A stretch of 64,000 nt of DNA, taken from contig CBDCOC010000001.1 of the NCBI GenBank assembly GCA_965219605.1, forward strand, positions 1,077,185 to 1,141,184, read 5' to 3'. This stretch comes from Bryobacterales bacterium. GTDB taxonomy: Bacteria; Acidobacteriota; Terriglobia; Bryobacterales; UBA6623. The translations under genes and the position numbers were made by a program. Below, in pieces: positions 31,010 to 39,711 of this stretch. How positions within the stretch are numbered: position 1 is the first letter of the stretch; every line of letters begins with the position of its first letter. Under the pieces are notes generated by a model. That model did not search any database. It was given only the letters and a program-made list of their open reading frames with translations, and was not told the DNA's origin.

Positions 31010-32575
31010 TCAGCAGCGCTCAGTTTTTAACGCCAGCAGGTTGCGCTCCTTCCGTCCGAAGGCCAACCCCACCAAATACACCGAACCGCCCAGTCCGCGG
31101 TACTTCCCCGCATAGTTCCGCTCCCGAGGCTGCACCAGCGCCCGTGCGGCGGCAGCATCCCCGTCCTCGCTATCCCGGGCCATCTTGAACTCGAGCACGA
31201 ATGCCCTCTCTCCGTGCAGCAACACCATGTCGGCACTCCCGTGGCCCGAGGCATCCTCCAAGCGCAGATCCGCACCGGTCGCACGGAAGCACGAGTACAG
31301 CAAGCCCTTGTACCAAGCTTCGTAGCGGCCGATCTCGGATTTCGAGTGCCACTGATACGGAACCCCCGCAAGGAACGACCGCAAACGGTCGGCAAATCCC
31401 GCGAAGTCGCCCCCCGCCAGCAGGCGGCACAGAGCCTCGCCCGAAGCACTAACCTCCCCAGCCGGCTTCCCCAAGTGGCCGAGCAAGCCCTTGTTCAGGC
31501 TCTGGCGAATTTCCCGGTTGGGGTAATCCAGCACAAAAAATGTCTCGCCGCCACGGGATTCCTCGGACACAATCGTCAAGTAGCCTGTCTGGAACAGCAG
31601 GGCATCTAAGCCAATATCATCCACGTCAAAGGTGGAGACCAAGTCGACATCGGACACCCGGTTCTCAAGATCCAGCGGACTCACTCCTCTCTTCAGCATC
31701 GTCTGGTACAAGAAATCGGGCGTTCCGGTCCGAAACCACCATGACTGGAACTCGCGCTTCTTGAAGAGCAGAAGGATGTCGAAAGGATTGTAAACTTTCT
31801 CCTCTCCACGCCAGTTGTAGCCGTTGTACCAGTGCCGTATTCTATCCCGATCCAAGCCTGAAAGTTCGGAAGCGAACACAGCGTTCAGATCGCCATCCGT
31901 GTACCCGCACAAGGTAGCGAATTGCGGATCTAGGCTGATATCTTCCAAGTTGTTCAAACCGGAGAAAAGACTCACCTTGGAAAACATGCTAACCCCGGTC
32001 ACGAATACAAACCGGACATGTCGAGCGCAGTCCTTAACGATCCCGTACAATCCGCGCAGGTGGTCGCGGTTCTCTTTAGCCAGATCCGGTTTGCCGAGCA
32101 CGTCCAAGATCGGCTTGTCGTATTCATCTATCAGCACTGCCACGCGTCGACCGCTTCGGACATGCAGCTGATCCAATAGATTTCGCAGTCGCTCAGGACC
32201 GGTGAGATCTTGAAGCGGGACTTCAAGGCCCGCATTTCGCTCGATAATTCGCAATTGCGCAAGGATGTCACTGGCCAAGTTTCCCGGCTCATTGTAGTTC
32301 CCACCAAAGCACAGATGCACGATTGGATGGGCCTCCGACCAGTCCCAGAGGTCATGGATGTAAAGGCCTCGAAACAGCTGCTCATTCCCGGCGAACAACT
32401 CGTGCAGGGTATCCGCGAGCAGACTCTTGCCGAAGCGACGCGGACGGGACAGGAAGTAATAGCGTCCCTGTTTCACCAACTGGTGTATGAGGGGTGTCTT
32501 ATCAACGTAATAGAACGAGTCGCCCCGGATCGTCGCAAAGTCCGGGATGCCGATCGGCAGAAGGTGGCGGTCCAT
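31010..32575 (-). CDS. AAA-ATPase-like domain + PD-(D/E)XK (PDDEXK_9-type) protein
   Basis: N-terminus GIPDFATIRGDSFYYVDKTPLI...YFLSRPRRFGKSL (P-loop-like) is typical of the AAA-ATPase_like/DUF1703 family. The C-terminal ...GHGSADMVLLHGERAFVLEFK is a PD-(D/E)XK-like core. The gene is AT-richer than the flanks. Confidence 0.8.
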   Translation of the reverse strand: MDRHLLPIGIPDFATIRGDSFYYVDKTPLIHQLVKQGRYYFLSRPRRFGKSLLADTLHELFAGNEQLFRGLYIHDLWDWSEAHPIVHLCFGGNYNEPGNLASDILAQLRIIERNAGLEVPLQDLTGPERLRNLLDQLHVRSGRRVAVLIDEYDKPILDVLGKPDLAKENRDHLRGLYGIVKDCARHVRFVFVTGVSMFSKVSLFSGLNNLEDISLDPQFATLCGYTDGDLNAVFASELSGLDRDRIRHWYNGYNWRGEEKVYNPFDILLLFKKREFQSWWFRTGTPDFLYQTMLKRGVSPLDLENRVSDVDLVSTFDVDDIGLDALLFQTGYLTIVSEESRGGETFFVLDYPNREIRQSLNKGLLGHLGKPAGEVSASGEALCRLLAGGDFAGFADRLRSFLAGVPYQWHSKSEIGRYEAWYKGLLYSCFRATGADLRLEDASGHGSADMVLLHGERAFVLEFKMARDSEDGDAAAARALVQPRERNYAGKYRGLGGSVYLVGLAFGRKERNLLALKTERC

Positions 32576-32732
32576 GGCTTGGGCGAATCAGCGATACCCA
32601 GAATCACATGGTACTATGCACCGACCGGCTCGTGATCCGCGCTGCCCCAGCAAAGGGACAGCGAGCGGCCAAGTCGAATCGGCGTTCCGGCTGCCCATTT
32701 CGTGGCTCCGAGACCGCCCGCAGGCTACCAGC

Positions 32733-33304
32733 ACGGCCGACCCCAGCACGCTCAGCGCACAGGTCAACAAGCTGCGCCAGCGCTCCGGCCTGCAGCGCTT
32801 GGCCGTGGTCGGCGACCGCGGCATGCTGGCCCAGACGGACATTGCTGCCGATCTCAAGCCGGCCGATTTGGACTGAACCACGGCCCTGCGCCACGACAGC
32901 ATCCGCCAGCTGGCACCGCTGTTGTGCAGCGAGGAAGATGAGCCTCAACATGCGGGTAGGCCGGTCGGTCGGCCCACTGTAGCGCAGCGCCGCCGCCAAG
33001 CGCAAGGATGGCAGCCTGCCGCTACAGAGACTGGCGGATCTGTTGGCCGGGCTGGGCACACTCTGCGCCGCCGAGTTGCAGTACCCGCAGGTGCCCAGCT
33101 ATGCGCCGCCCACGCTGAGTTAGCTCGATCCGCTGCACAAGCGCGTGTTCTCCCTGCTCGGCTGCCAGCCCCACCCGGCCCCGGCATCAAGCCCGCCGCC
33201 AGACAGCGGCGCCACTGCGCCGCCCACGACACCAACCTAGTCACCAATGGACTGTTCGGCAAGCGCCCCATCACGCCGTCAGAAGGAACTCGAACAAGTT
33301 ACTT
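32733..33304 (+). pseudogene. Degraded, internally deleted second copy of the 5860-8022-type IS (transposase remnants)
   Basis: Translations ADPSTLSAQVNKLRQRSGLQRLAVVGDRGMLAQT.. and ..TNLVTNGLFGKRPITPSEGTRTSYL match the 6010-7782 transposase and its downstream end. There are large internal deletions and stops. Confidence 0.8.
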
Positions 33305-35142
33305 AGTGCCTGCGACAAAACCCCCTAAAATCCGATCTTCTCTAAAAATATGCGCCGATTTATGGACCCATTGGGGGCATCGTTCAGCAGAATTTCTCCC
33401 CTGATTGGTAAAAATATGTCAAGAAATCTGGCTGAGTTCGACTCACTGCCTGCTTCAGATACACTCCGCCCTGCCGGCCTTCTGCCAGCTCTCTTTTTTC
33501 TCTTTCCCGTCTCGATGACCGCTGCTATGCGGCTATCTTTAGCCGCTCTTTCTTCAGTCTTTCTCGTTCCCTTCTCTGGAGTATCAATCCTAGCCGATGC
33601 ACGTTCGCTGCCACCACTGACAACCCAATCGCCCGCTCGAATCCTGCCCGACCGTGCTCTCGCACTCGATCCAGTCCTCGCTGCTCCAAGTTCGCGATCG
33701 CCGACTCCACTGCCGGATGCTGCCGCCGTCTCTCTACGTACTCCTGTGCTTCTTCCCGCTCTTTATCTGTCTCACTCAACCGCCCCTTCTTCGGCATCAC
33801 GTTCCGCGCCAGCATGCCATCCAACCGCTGCCGATTCCCAGCACTGTAGTACCCCTTGTCAAAACTGCATCCCTGCAATCCCGGGTACTCACTCTGCACC
33901 TGTTCCACTATTTCGACCGCCACATCCACGTCCTGCTCCGTCCACATGATACGATGACCTAATATAAACTGTTCCGCGCTCTCCACGATTGTTACCGGCA
34001 CTCCTAGCTCTACCAGAACACCCGCTTTCCCTTTTACGCACCAGCGCGTATGATCTTCGAAAATCGAATACACTTTCTCCTCTTGTGGGATCGTCTCGCC
34101 TTGCAATATTCTCCGCTCCACTTGCCCCGCCAGTTTCCGCCCCAATCCCGCAAGCCGTTCTATTTCCTTGATCTCTTCCTTGCTTGCCCTGCTCTCCCGC
34201 AGATTTTCCAAGCTCCCCTCAGCTCGTTCTAGCAACCTTTCACACTGCTTCAAATACGCCTTCACCCCTTTCTCTTGATTCTTCCTCCTGCGCCTCGTCC
34301 GCACTCTTTGGAACAGTCTCCTCACCTTCCCTTCCAACTTCTTATGCTGCCGCCAGCCTGTCTCCCCTTGGGCCTCACTCGCCCGTGCGATCGTCCGTAG
34401 CAGACTCCTCATTGCATCCCACAGCAAACTTACATCCGTCGGATAATGCACGTCTGTCTCCACCACGAACGAATCGCAACGCGCCGCCAACTCTCCTGCC
34501 ACATCCTGGCCTAGCACTTCGTAGCCAGCTCCCACCACCAAGCGGTTGACAGCCGCTAGTAACTGCGGAGTCAGTAGCGACACGTTGCGTGTGATCGTGC
34601 GGCAACTGGCCACTGTGCTGTCCCAGTCGCTGAGTCCCATCATGCGCCGCACACTGCGATGCTGTCCAGCTAATTCATGCCAGCGATCATAATCGCAATT
34701 CAATCCCTGACGCAGCAGTCCCAGCACCAATATGCTCCACAGACTCATGCCCGGACGACCGTTCCTGGCGTCCAAGCACGGCCCGTATGCTTGCCTCTCA
34801 CTGTCTGCGCTGTCCGCCTTGCTCTTGTCCGCGAGCAGATGCGTCTCCAGCAGAGTGAATAGCTTGGCCCGCAACTCAGCATCCGACCAAATCTGCTGCA
34901 AACCGCGCAGCACGGCGGGAATATCATCCCGGGACTGCGGATCGAGTGGGATGCGCTCAATATCGATTTGGCCGATGGCTAATTGTGGATTTAAGACGAC
35001 TCTCATGGGTGCCTGCCAGACGAAGATCGTAGCAAATAGGCCGCCAGCGGGCCAGGGCTAGCCAGCCGCTGTCATCTTCGTCGGCGTCGATTGCTATCAA
35101 CTCATCTATTTTCAATCATTTAGAAGCTTTTGTCGCAGGCAC
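33305..35142 (-). mobile_element. Third IS type (1838 bp; IS4/IS5-superfamily DDE, possibly ISNCY-like) inserted into the IS remnant; 4-bp ACTT duplication
   Basis: Perfect 16-bp terminal IR AGTGCCTGCGACAAAA (33305-33320) / TTTTGTCGCAGGCACT (35127-35142). ACTT at 33301-33304 and 35143-35146. The uninterrupted target caagttACTTaagtaactg is present in the intact IS copy (reverse complement of ~5930-5950). Confidence 0.88.
33525..35006 (-). CDS. DDE transposase, 493 aa (family assignment tentative)
   Basis: Full-length ORF between the IRs. The C-terminal YVERRRQHPAVESAIANLEQRGLDRVREHG resembles the Y-R-E-K region of IS4/IS5-type enzymes. Confidence 0.8.
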   Translation of the reverse strand: MRVVLNPQLAIGQIDIERIPLDPQSRDDIPAVLRGLQQIWSDAELRAKLFTLLETHLLADKSKADSADSERQAYGPCLDARNGRPGMSLWSILVLGLLRQGLNCDYDRWHELAGQHRSVRRMMGLSDWDSTVASCRTITRNVSLLTPQLLAAVNRLVVGAGYEVLGQDVAGELAARCDSFVVETDVHYPTDVSLLWDAMRSLLRTIARASEAQGETGWRQHKKLEGKVRRLFQRVRTRRRRKNQEKGVKAYLKQCERLLERAEGSLENLRESRASKEEIKEIERLAGLGRKLAGQVERRILQGETIPQEEKVYSIFEDHTRWCVKGKAGVLVELGVPVTIVESAEQFILGHRIMWTEQDVDVAVEIVEQVQSEYPGLQGCSFDKGYYSAGNRQRLDGMLARNVMPKKGRLSETDKEREEAQEYVERRRQHPAVESAIANLEQRGLDRVREHGRAGFERAIGLSVVAANVHRLGLILQRRERERLKKERLKIAA

Positions 35143-35234
35143 TACTTAAGTCACTGTTTAACTGCGAGTTACATTAATTCAGGGCTGTACTGCACCTTGG
35201 TGTACAACTCCAGCTTAGCTGGGGTAAGTTGTGG
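35143..35234 (+). mobile_element. Terminal ~90 bp of the degraded 5860-type IS copy
   Basis: Matches the reverse complement of 5860-5950, ending in GGGGTAAGTTGTGG (the terminus, with 1 extra nt). Confidence 0.8.
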
Positions 35235-35588
35235 CTGGGAAAAGAACCCTGCTGAAACATGCCCCCAATTTGTCCATAAATCGGCCCATATTTTACTGTG
35301 AAACTGGCTGATCGGGAGACGCAAATACCACCTCCCCGCTCAGCAGCGCTGAGCAGGCGCCTTGCGCCGTACGCTCGCCGTACTGCGTCTCGGCAGGCCC
35401 GTTCTATGGCCCGCACTGCACGTTGCGACCGCCACAGGCCAGCGCACGGGCGTCTCAAACGGATGCCTGTATCATCGCACGGCTCACCACTGCGCACGGC
35501 CCACACGGTTTCATCCGTACGGGGTGGCTGCCTACAGCCATGGGGGTTTAGAGAAGATCAGATTTTAGACGGTTTTGTCACAGGAACT
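35235..35588 (+). mobile_element. Fragment of another copy of the 33305-type IS (IR-L end, opposite orientation), itself carrying a 251-bp insertion
   Basis: 35235-35295 matches the reverse complement of ~33347-33405. 35547-35588 (tttagagaagatcagattttagacggttttgtcacaggaact) matches the reverse complement of 33305-33346 with a few mismatches. Confidence 0.75.
35296..35546. other. 251-bp GC-rich hairpin-dense insertion flanked by TTTA on both sides (candidate MITE/PATE-like element or structured RNA)
   Basis: Absent from the intact IS copy, where the flanks are contiguous at ~33346. TTTA at 35292-35295 and 35547-35550. Contains nested perfect helices (see findings). Confidence 0.5.
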
Positions 35589-35596
35589 AGATAACT

Positions 35597-36304
35597 TCAG
35601 GGCTGTTGGATGCAGTCGTATGCTCTCGAGAACCCGATCAGGTGAGATTTGTACTTATACGCGCTTCCTTCCTCGGAGAAGATCGAAATCGACACTTCAT
35701 GTCCACGCTTTAAGGCACTGGTGAGTTCGGGATCCAACTCGATTTCTGGGCTGATTCCTAGAGCGGGGCGCGTCATGATCTCTCCGCCGTCTACCCTTAA
35801 ATTCACCTCGTTGGTTGCATTGCGAAAGGACCACTCTCCTCCGTCCGGGATATTGAAGTAGAGCACTGTGTGTTCCTTGGTTCGCGTAAGAGTCAGATTC
35901 TGATCTAGATTGACAGCGCTCTTGTGGCCCATCTGTTTCTCTATGCTGCTCTGCTCGTGGCACCGCCACCCGCCAGTCATCGGAAAGCCGGTAGCTTGGT
36001 CAAACCCGAACTCCGGAGAGTAGTAACCACCTTCCGGGATATAGAGCAGCCCAAATCCTGAAGGCTGGGCAACTACGAACGTGTCTTCAGGAAAGACCTT
36101 GCAAGATACGCCCTCGCGTCGGGCCTGTAGTGCAATCTGCAAGGCCAGATTTTCGTTATCCGCGATCATCGCCTTTACGAACTCGATCATGGCGGGCTTG
36201 TAGTCGCAGGCGATAGAGTCAGCCTTTGCCTGGTATCTATCCGCCGCACCCGCAACGGATGCAAATAGACCAGCTGTCAGCACGGTGGCAGCAACGTGTT
36301 TCAT
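35597..36304 (-). CDS. Secreted hypothetical protein (235 aa)
   Basis: Signal peptide MKHVAATVLTAGLFASVAGAAD. I recognise no family. AT-richer than the genome background. It lies between two IS-end fragments. Confidence 0.7.
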   Translation of the reverse strand: MKHVAATVLTAGLFASVAGAADRYQAKADSIACDYKPAMIEFVKAMIADNENLALQIALQARREGVSCKVFPEDTFVVAQPSGFGLLYIPEGGYYSPEFGFDQATGFPMTGGWRCHEQSSIEKQMGHKSAVNLDQNLTLTRTKEHTVLYFNIPDGGEWSFRNATNEVNLRVDGGEIMTRPALGISPEIELDPELTSALKRGHEVSISIFSEEGSAYKYKSHLIGFSRAYDCIQQP

Positions 36305-36366
36305 CACTAGTGTCGCGTTGAGGGGTCGGTCAATTTCACATAAATCTTTATTTTTGAATAACTTGC

Positions 36367-36561
36367 GGATGCGCTCAATATCGATTTGGCCGATGGCTAA
36401 TTGTGGATGTAAGACAACTCTCATGGGTTCCTGCCAGACGAAGATCGTAGCAAATAGGCCGCCACTAGGCCAAGGGCTATCTGCCGCGTCCATCTTCGTC
36501 GGCGTCGATTGCTCTCAACTCATCTATTTCCAATCATTTAGAGGCTTTTGTCGCAGGCACT
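36367..36561 (-). mobile_element. Solo right-end fragment of the 33305-type IS (IR, leader, first 19 transposase codons)
   Basis: ~195 bp nearly identical to 34941-35142, including MRVVLHPQLAIGQIDIERI and the terminal TTTTGTCGCAGGCACT (36546-36561). Confidence 0.85.
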
Positions 36562-36812
36562 ATGTATAACTTCCGGGGCTGAGGCGCATACTTCTACACC
36601 GCCCGCGAGCTCAAATGCTTCGGACTGCTCGCGTGACACTTCCTTATGCGCTACGGTCCGGTGCTTACTCGGCGAATCCCCTGACGGCTGGATTGGCAGA
36701 GAACCGCGCACTCTGCCGCAGGCCCCTGTGCAGTCTTTCTTGCTGGCTGCCTAGAAACCCAGATTCCCGACGGAATTCTGCCCGGGTAGAGCGAAAGTTC
36801 GAGTTTGCGCTA

Positions 36813-37580
36813 ATGTTGGAGAACGACCTGTCAAAAGCTAACCGCCCCGGGCGGAACGCACGCTTTGCAGCCACCGCCGGGGATCTGGGGTTCGAACCAA
36901 TGGGTCATTCCGTTCGCAACCACCTCGCAATCGAGATTCAGTCATACGACCGAGAAATCCGGCGCTTCATACCCGGATACCAGTCGCTGCTCGACATGGC
37001 TTCGCGCGAAGTGGTCCGCAACCGGCCCAACCTCGTGCTTGACCTCGGCGCCGGCACCGGAGCGCTAGCAGAAGCCATTCTCTCGGCTGACGATGCCGTC
37101 AATGTGGAACTAATCGACATCGACCCCGAGATGCTTGCTCAAGCTAGGGCAAGGCTCGCCAAGTTCACAGCCCGAACGCGCTTCTCTGGGCATTCGTTTC
37201 GCGGGCAATTGCCCTCTTGCGATGGCGTCGCGGCTTCGCTCTCGCTGCACCATATCCGAACGATCCATGCGAAGCGGGCCGTGTATCAAAGCATCTACGC
37301 GGCGATTCGCCCGGGCGGCACTTTCGCTAACGCTGATGCAGCCGTGCCCGCCGACCCTGCAGCGCGAGCAACCGTGCTGCAAGGCTGGGTCGAACATATG
37401 GCAGGCTGCGGAATTGAGCGGCACGAAGGGTACGCACACCTCGAGCGGTGGGCAGAGGAAGACACATACTTCCCGCTGGAGGAGGAACTGGAGGCTGTCG
37501 AGTCCGCAGGGTTCGTCGCAAGCTGCGCATGGCGGCACGGGCCGATGGCAGTCATTGTCGGACGGAAGCACTCCGGCTAA
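36813..37580 (+). CDS. Class I SAM-dependent methyltransferase
   Basis: Motif I VLDLGAGTGALAE, then the acidic loop ELIDID, then post-I/II motifs IRPGGTFANAD. An alternative start is MGHSVRNH at 36900. Confidence 0.8.
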   Translation: MLENDLSKANRPGRNARFAATAGDLGFEPMGHSVRNHLAIEIQSYDREIRRFIPGYQSLLDMASREVVRNRPNLVLDLGAGTGALAEAILSADDAVNVELIDIDPEMLAQARARLAKFTARTRFSGHSFRGQLPSCDGVAASLSLHHIRTIHAKRAVYQSIYAAIRPGGTFANADAAVPADPAARATVLQGWVEHMAGCGIERHEGYAHLERWAEEDTYFPLEEELEAVESAGFVASCAWRHGPMAVIVGRKHSG

Positions 37581-37869
37581 GCGGCACACTACAGGCAGTC
37601 CCTCGGATCACGGGATTCCTGACTGGGAGACGTAACTGGTTGAACTCGGCGCAGGAAAGCAAGCAAACCGGGCCGTCCTGCCCAAGGAATGCCCTGCTGG
37701 CGATGCGAGCGCGCCGGAGGCCCGGCGTGGGTCGAAGCGCCCTCCAAATGCACAAGCAGCGCTTCTATCCGCTAGCGTTTCAGTGCGCCGCTCTCAGTGC
37801 TGCCGAAGGGCTGCCCTTCAGATCGCGCACGCCCGCGGCCTTCATCCCACTCCCATTACGCGGCAAGAG

Positions 37870-37945
37870 TGGTGGACCTGGAGGGATTCGAACCCTCGAC
37901 CTCCTCCATGCCATGGAGGCGCGCTCCCAACTGCGCCACAGGCCC
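37870..37945 (-). tRNA. tRNA-Ala (anticodon GGC), CCA encoded
   Basis: The reverse complement GGGCCTGTGGCGCAGTTGGGAGCGCGCCTCCATGGCATGGAGGAGGTCGAGGGTTCGAATCCCTCCAGGTCCACCA folds as a 76-nt cloverleaf. It has a 7-bp acceptor stem with the G3:U70 Ala identity pair, anticodon loop AUGGCAU, and a GTTCGAATC T-loop. Confidence 0.92.
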
Positions 37946-38014
37946 GCGCTCCGCTGTTGCCCCTACAATCTAGCACACGTGCCGGGCAAACTATAATTCC
38001 CGTACATTGCGCCC

Positions 38015-39430
38015 ATGCCAGACCGCAAGCTGCTCGGAGTCACAGTGCTCCCGGAATACATCCAGAGCGAGGGAATCGAAGGCCTGCTCGACAATCTGAC
38101 TCGCATCGGAGCGAACGCCGTCGCGACCTCGCCCTACCTGATGGAAGAAGCTGGCCGAGAGACCGGCCAGCGCGAGCCTCCCGCCGACGCTGACGCCGGC
38201 ACGGTGCGCTTGCTGGACCGCCCGCTCTTCGGCAAGCGCGAGGTCTGGGTCAAGACAGCGCCTAGCTTCGAGCCCAATCTCTCCCTGTACGGCGGCCTGC
38301 GCTACCGCCCCTCCAGACCGACCGACCTGACCCGCAGGCAGGGGCATCTGCTGCGCGACTTTATCACGGAGGCGAAAAAGCGCGGCATGCGGGTCTATTT
38401 CCAAGTGCAGGCCGCGATCCCGCCGGGGTACCGGGTGCAGTTCGGCGGCCCGCTAGATGCGGACAGGGCGCTGCTACCGGATGGCACCATCCCGCCGCGG
38501 CGGCTCGCCAAGAACGGCAGTTTGGCGAGCCCGCACATCTTGGCCTACGAGCATGCGCTGATCCGAGACATCGTCCAGCAGTATCCCGATCTCGACGGAC
38601 TGCGCGTGGACTGGCCCGAATATCCGCCGTACTTTCTGGACTCGGTGTTCCTGGATTTCTCCTACCACGCCGAGATCGCGGCAGAGCGCATGGGATTCCC
38701 GTTCGAGCGCATGCGCCGGGACGTGGGCCGGCTCTACGCCAAACTTCACGGCGGCCTGAGCAACAGCGATCTAGAGCCGTGGGCCGAAGACGCCGATGGC
38801 GGGCGCTACCACCTGCTGCGGCTGCTGTCAGACTATCCGGGCGTCGCCGCTTGGCTGCGCTTCAAGGCGTCCTTGGTCGAAAACATGATCGCCGGTTTCC
38901 GCACGACGATGAGCGAGGCTGGCGGACAATCGATGGAACTGCTGCCCAACGCCTTCCCGCCGCCTTGGACGATTGCATCCGGAATGGACTTCCGGCGCGT
39001 GGCCAAGCACTCCGCAGCCATTAGCTGCAAGCTGTACACAATGCATTGGCCGATGATCCTGCGCTTTTACGGCGACCAGATCCTCGCTGCGAATCCCGGC
39101 CTGTCGACCAGCCTGCTGGCGAGAGCGCTGGTGCGCTGGCTCGACATAGCAGATGACGACGGCCTGGCTACAGTGCAGGACTACGCGTATCCGCCACCGG
39201 ATATCCGGCATCCCGTCGGCTCGCTCGCACAGGCCCGCAAGATCGCGCAAGCCCAGCGGGACGCAGGTGACACGCCAGTCTATGTCCTAGCCCATGCCTA
39301 CGGCCCAATCGACGATTTCCGCAAGCGCCTCGCAGTGGCCCGCGATGCAGGCCGACACGGTTACTGGGTCAACCGCTACGGCTACCTGAGCGATCAGAAG
39401 CTCGCCGTGATCCGGGAGGTCGGGACATGA
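38015..39430 (+). CDS. Hypothetical protein, possibly TIM-barrel glycoside-hydrolase-like
   Basis: 471-aa ORF with protein-like composition. Segments GMRVYFQVQA and LDGLRVDWPEYPP are reminiscent of GH-like (beta/alpha)8 proteins, but no catalytic motif was recognised. Confidence 0.6.
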   Translation: MPDRKLLGVTVLPEYIQSEGIEGLLDNLTRIGANAVATSPYLMEEAGRETGQREPPADADAGTVRLLDRPLFGKREVWVKTAPSFEPNLSLYGGLRYRPSRPTDLTRRQGHLLRDFITEAKKRGMRVYFQVQAAIPPGYRVQFGGPLDADRALLPDGTIPPRRLAKNGSLASPHILAYEHALIRDIVQQYPDLDGLRVDWPEYPPYFLDSVFLDFSYHAEIAAERMGFPFERMRRDVGRLYAKLHGGLSNSDLEPWAEDADGGRYHLLRLLSDYPGVAAWLRFKASLVENMIAGFRTTMSEAGGQSMELLPNAFPPPWTIASGMDFRRVAKHSAAISCKLYTMHWPMILRFYGDQILAANPGLSTSLLARALVRWLDIADDDGLATVQDYAYPPPDIRHPVGSLAQARKIAQAQRDAGDTPVYVLAHAYGPIDDFRKRLAVARDAGRHGYWVNRYGYLSDQKLAVIREVGT

Positions 39431-39644
39431 GAAGCGACACAGGGGCGCAACGAATGCGCCGGAGCAAATCCCGCTGCGGATTGCCGGGCCGCACGGGATT
39501 GCCTGTCTTCCGCCAAGGCCAGAGTCTGAGCCAGGCCCGAGACGGCCTGGCCTGCCACCGCTGCGAACCGAACCGGCCTCGCTAGCCTGCCGGCCGGGAG
39601 CTAGCAGCCATGACGGCGGGCCGCCAGTGCCCCGCCGGGCCTCG

Positions 39645-39675
39645 TTGACGCGACCTACGGGCACGCTCCTACAAT
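39645..39675 (+). promoter_or_regulatory. Possible sigma70-type promoter for lysS
   Basis: TTGACG (39645-39650), a 19-nt spacer, then TACAAT (39670-39675), 36 nt upstream of the GTG start. The spacer is longer than optimal. Confidence 0.3.
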
Positions 39676-39711
39676 GAGAGTTCCGCTCCCGCCTTAGACG
39701 GAGTCCCGCCT

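Noticed and set aside
37870-37945. A direct repeat of the tRNA-Ala 3' end that would delimit an integrated island.
   Set aside because: Scanning by eye, I found only a trivial GGTTCGAACC match inside the methyltransferase gene (~36889). No att-like repeat or integrase supports a discrete island boundary.
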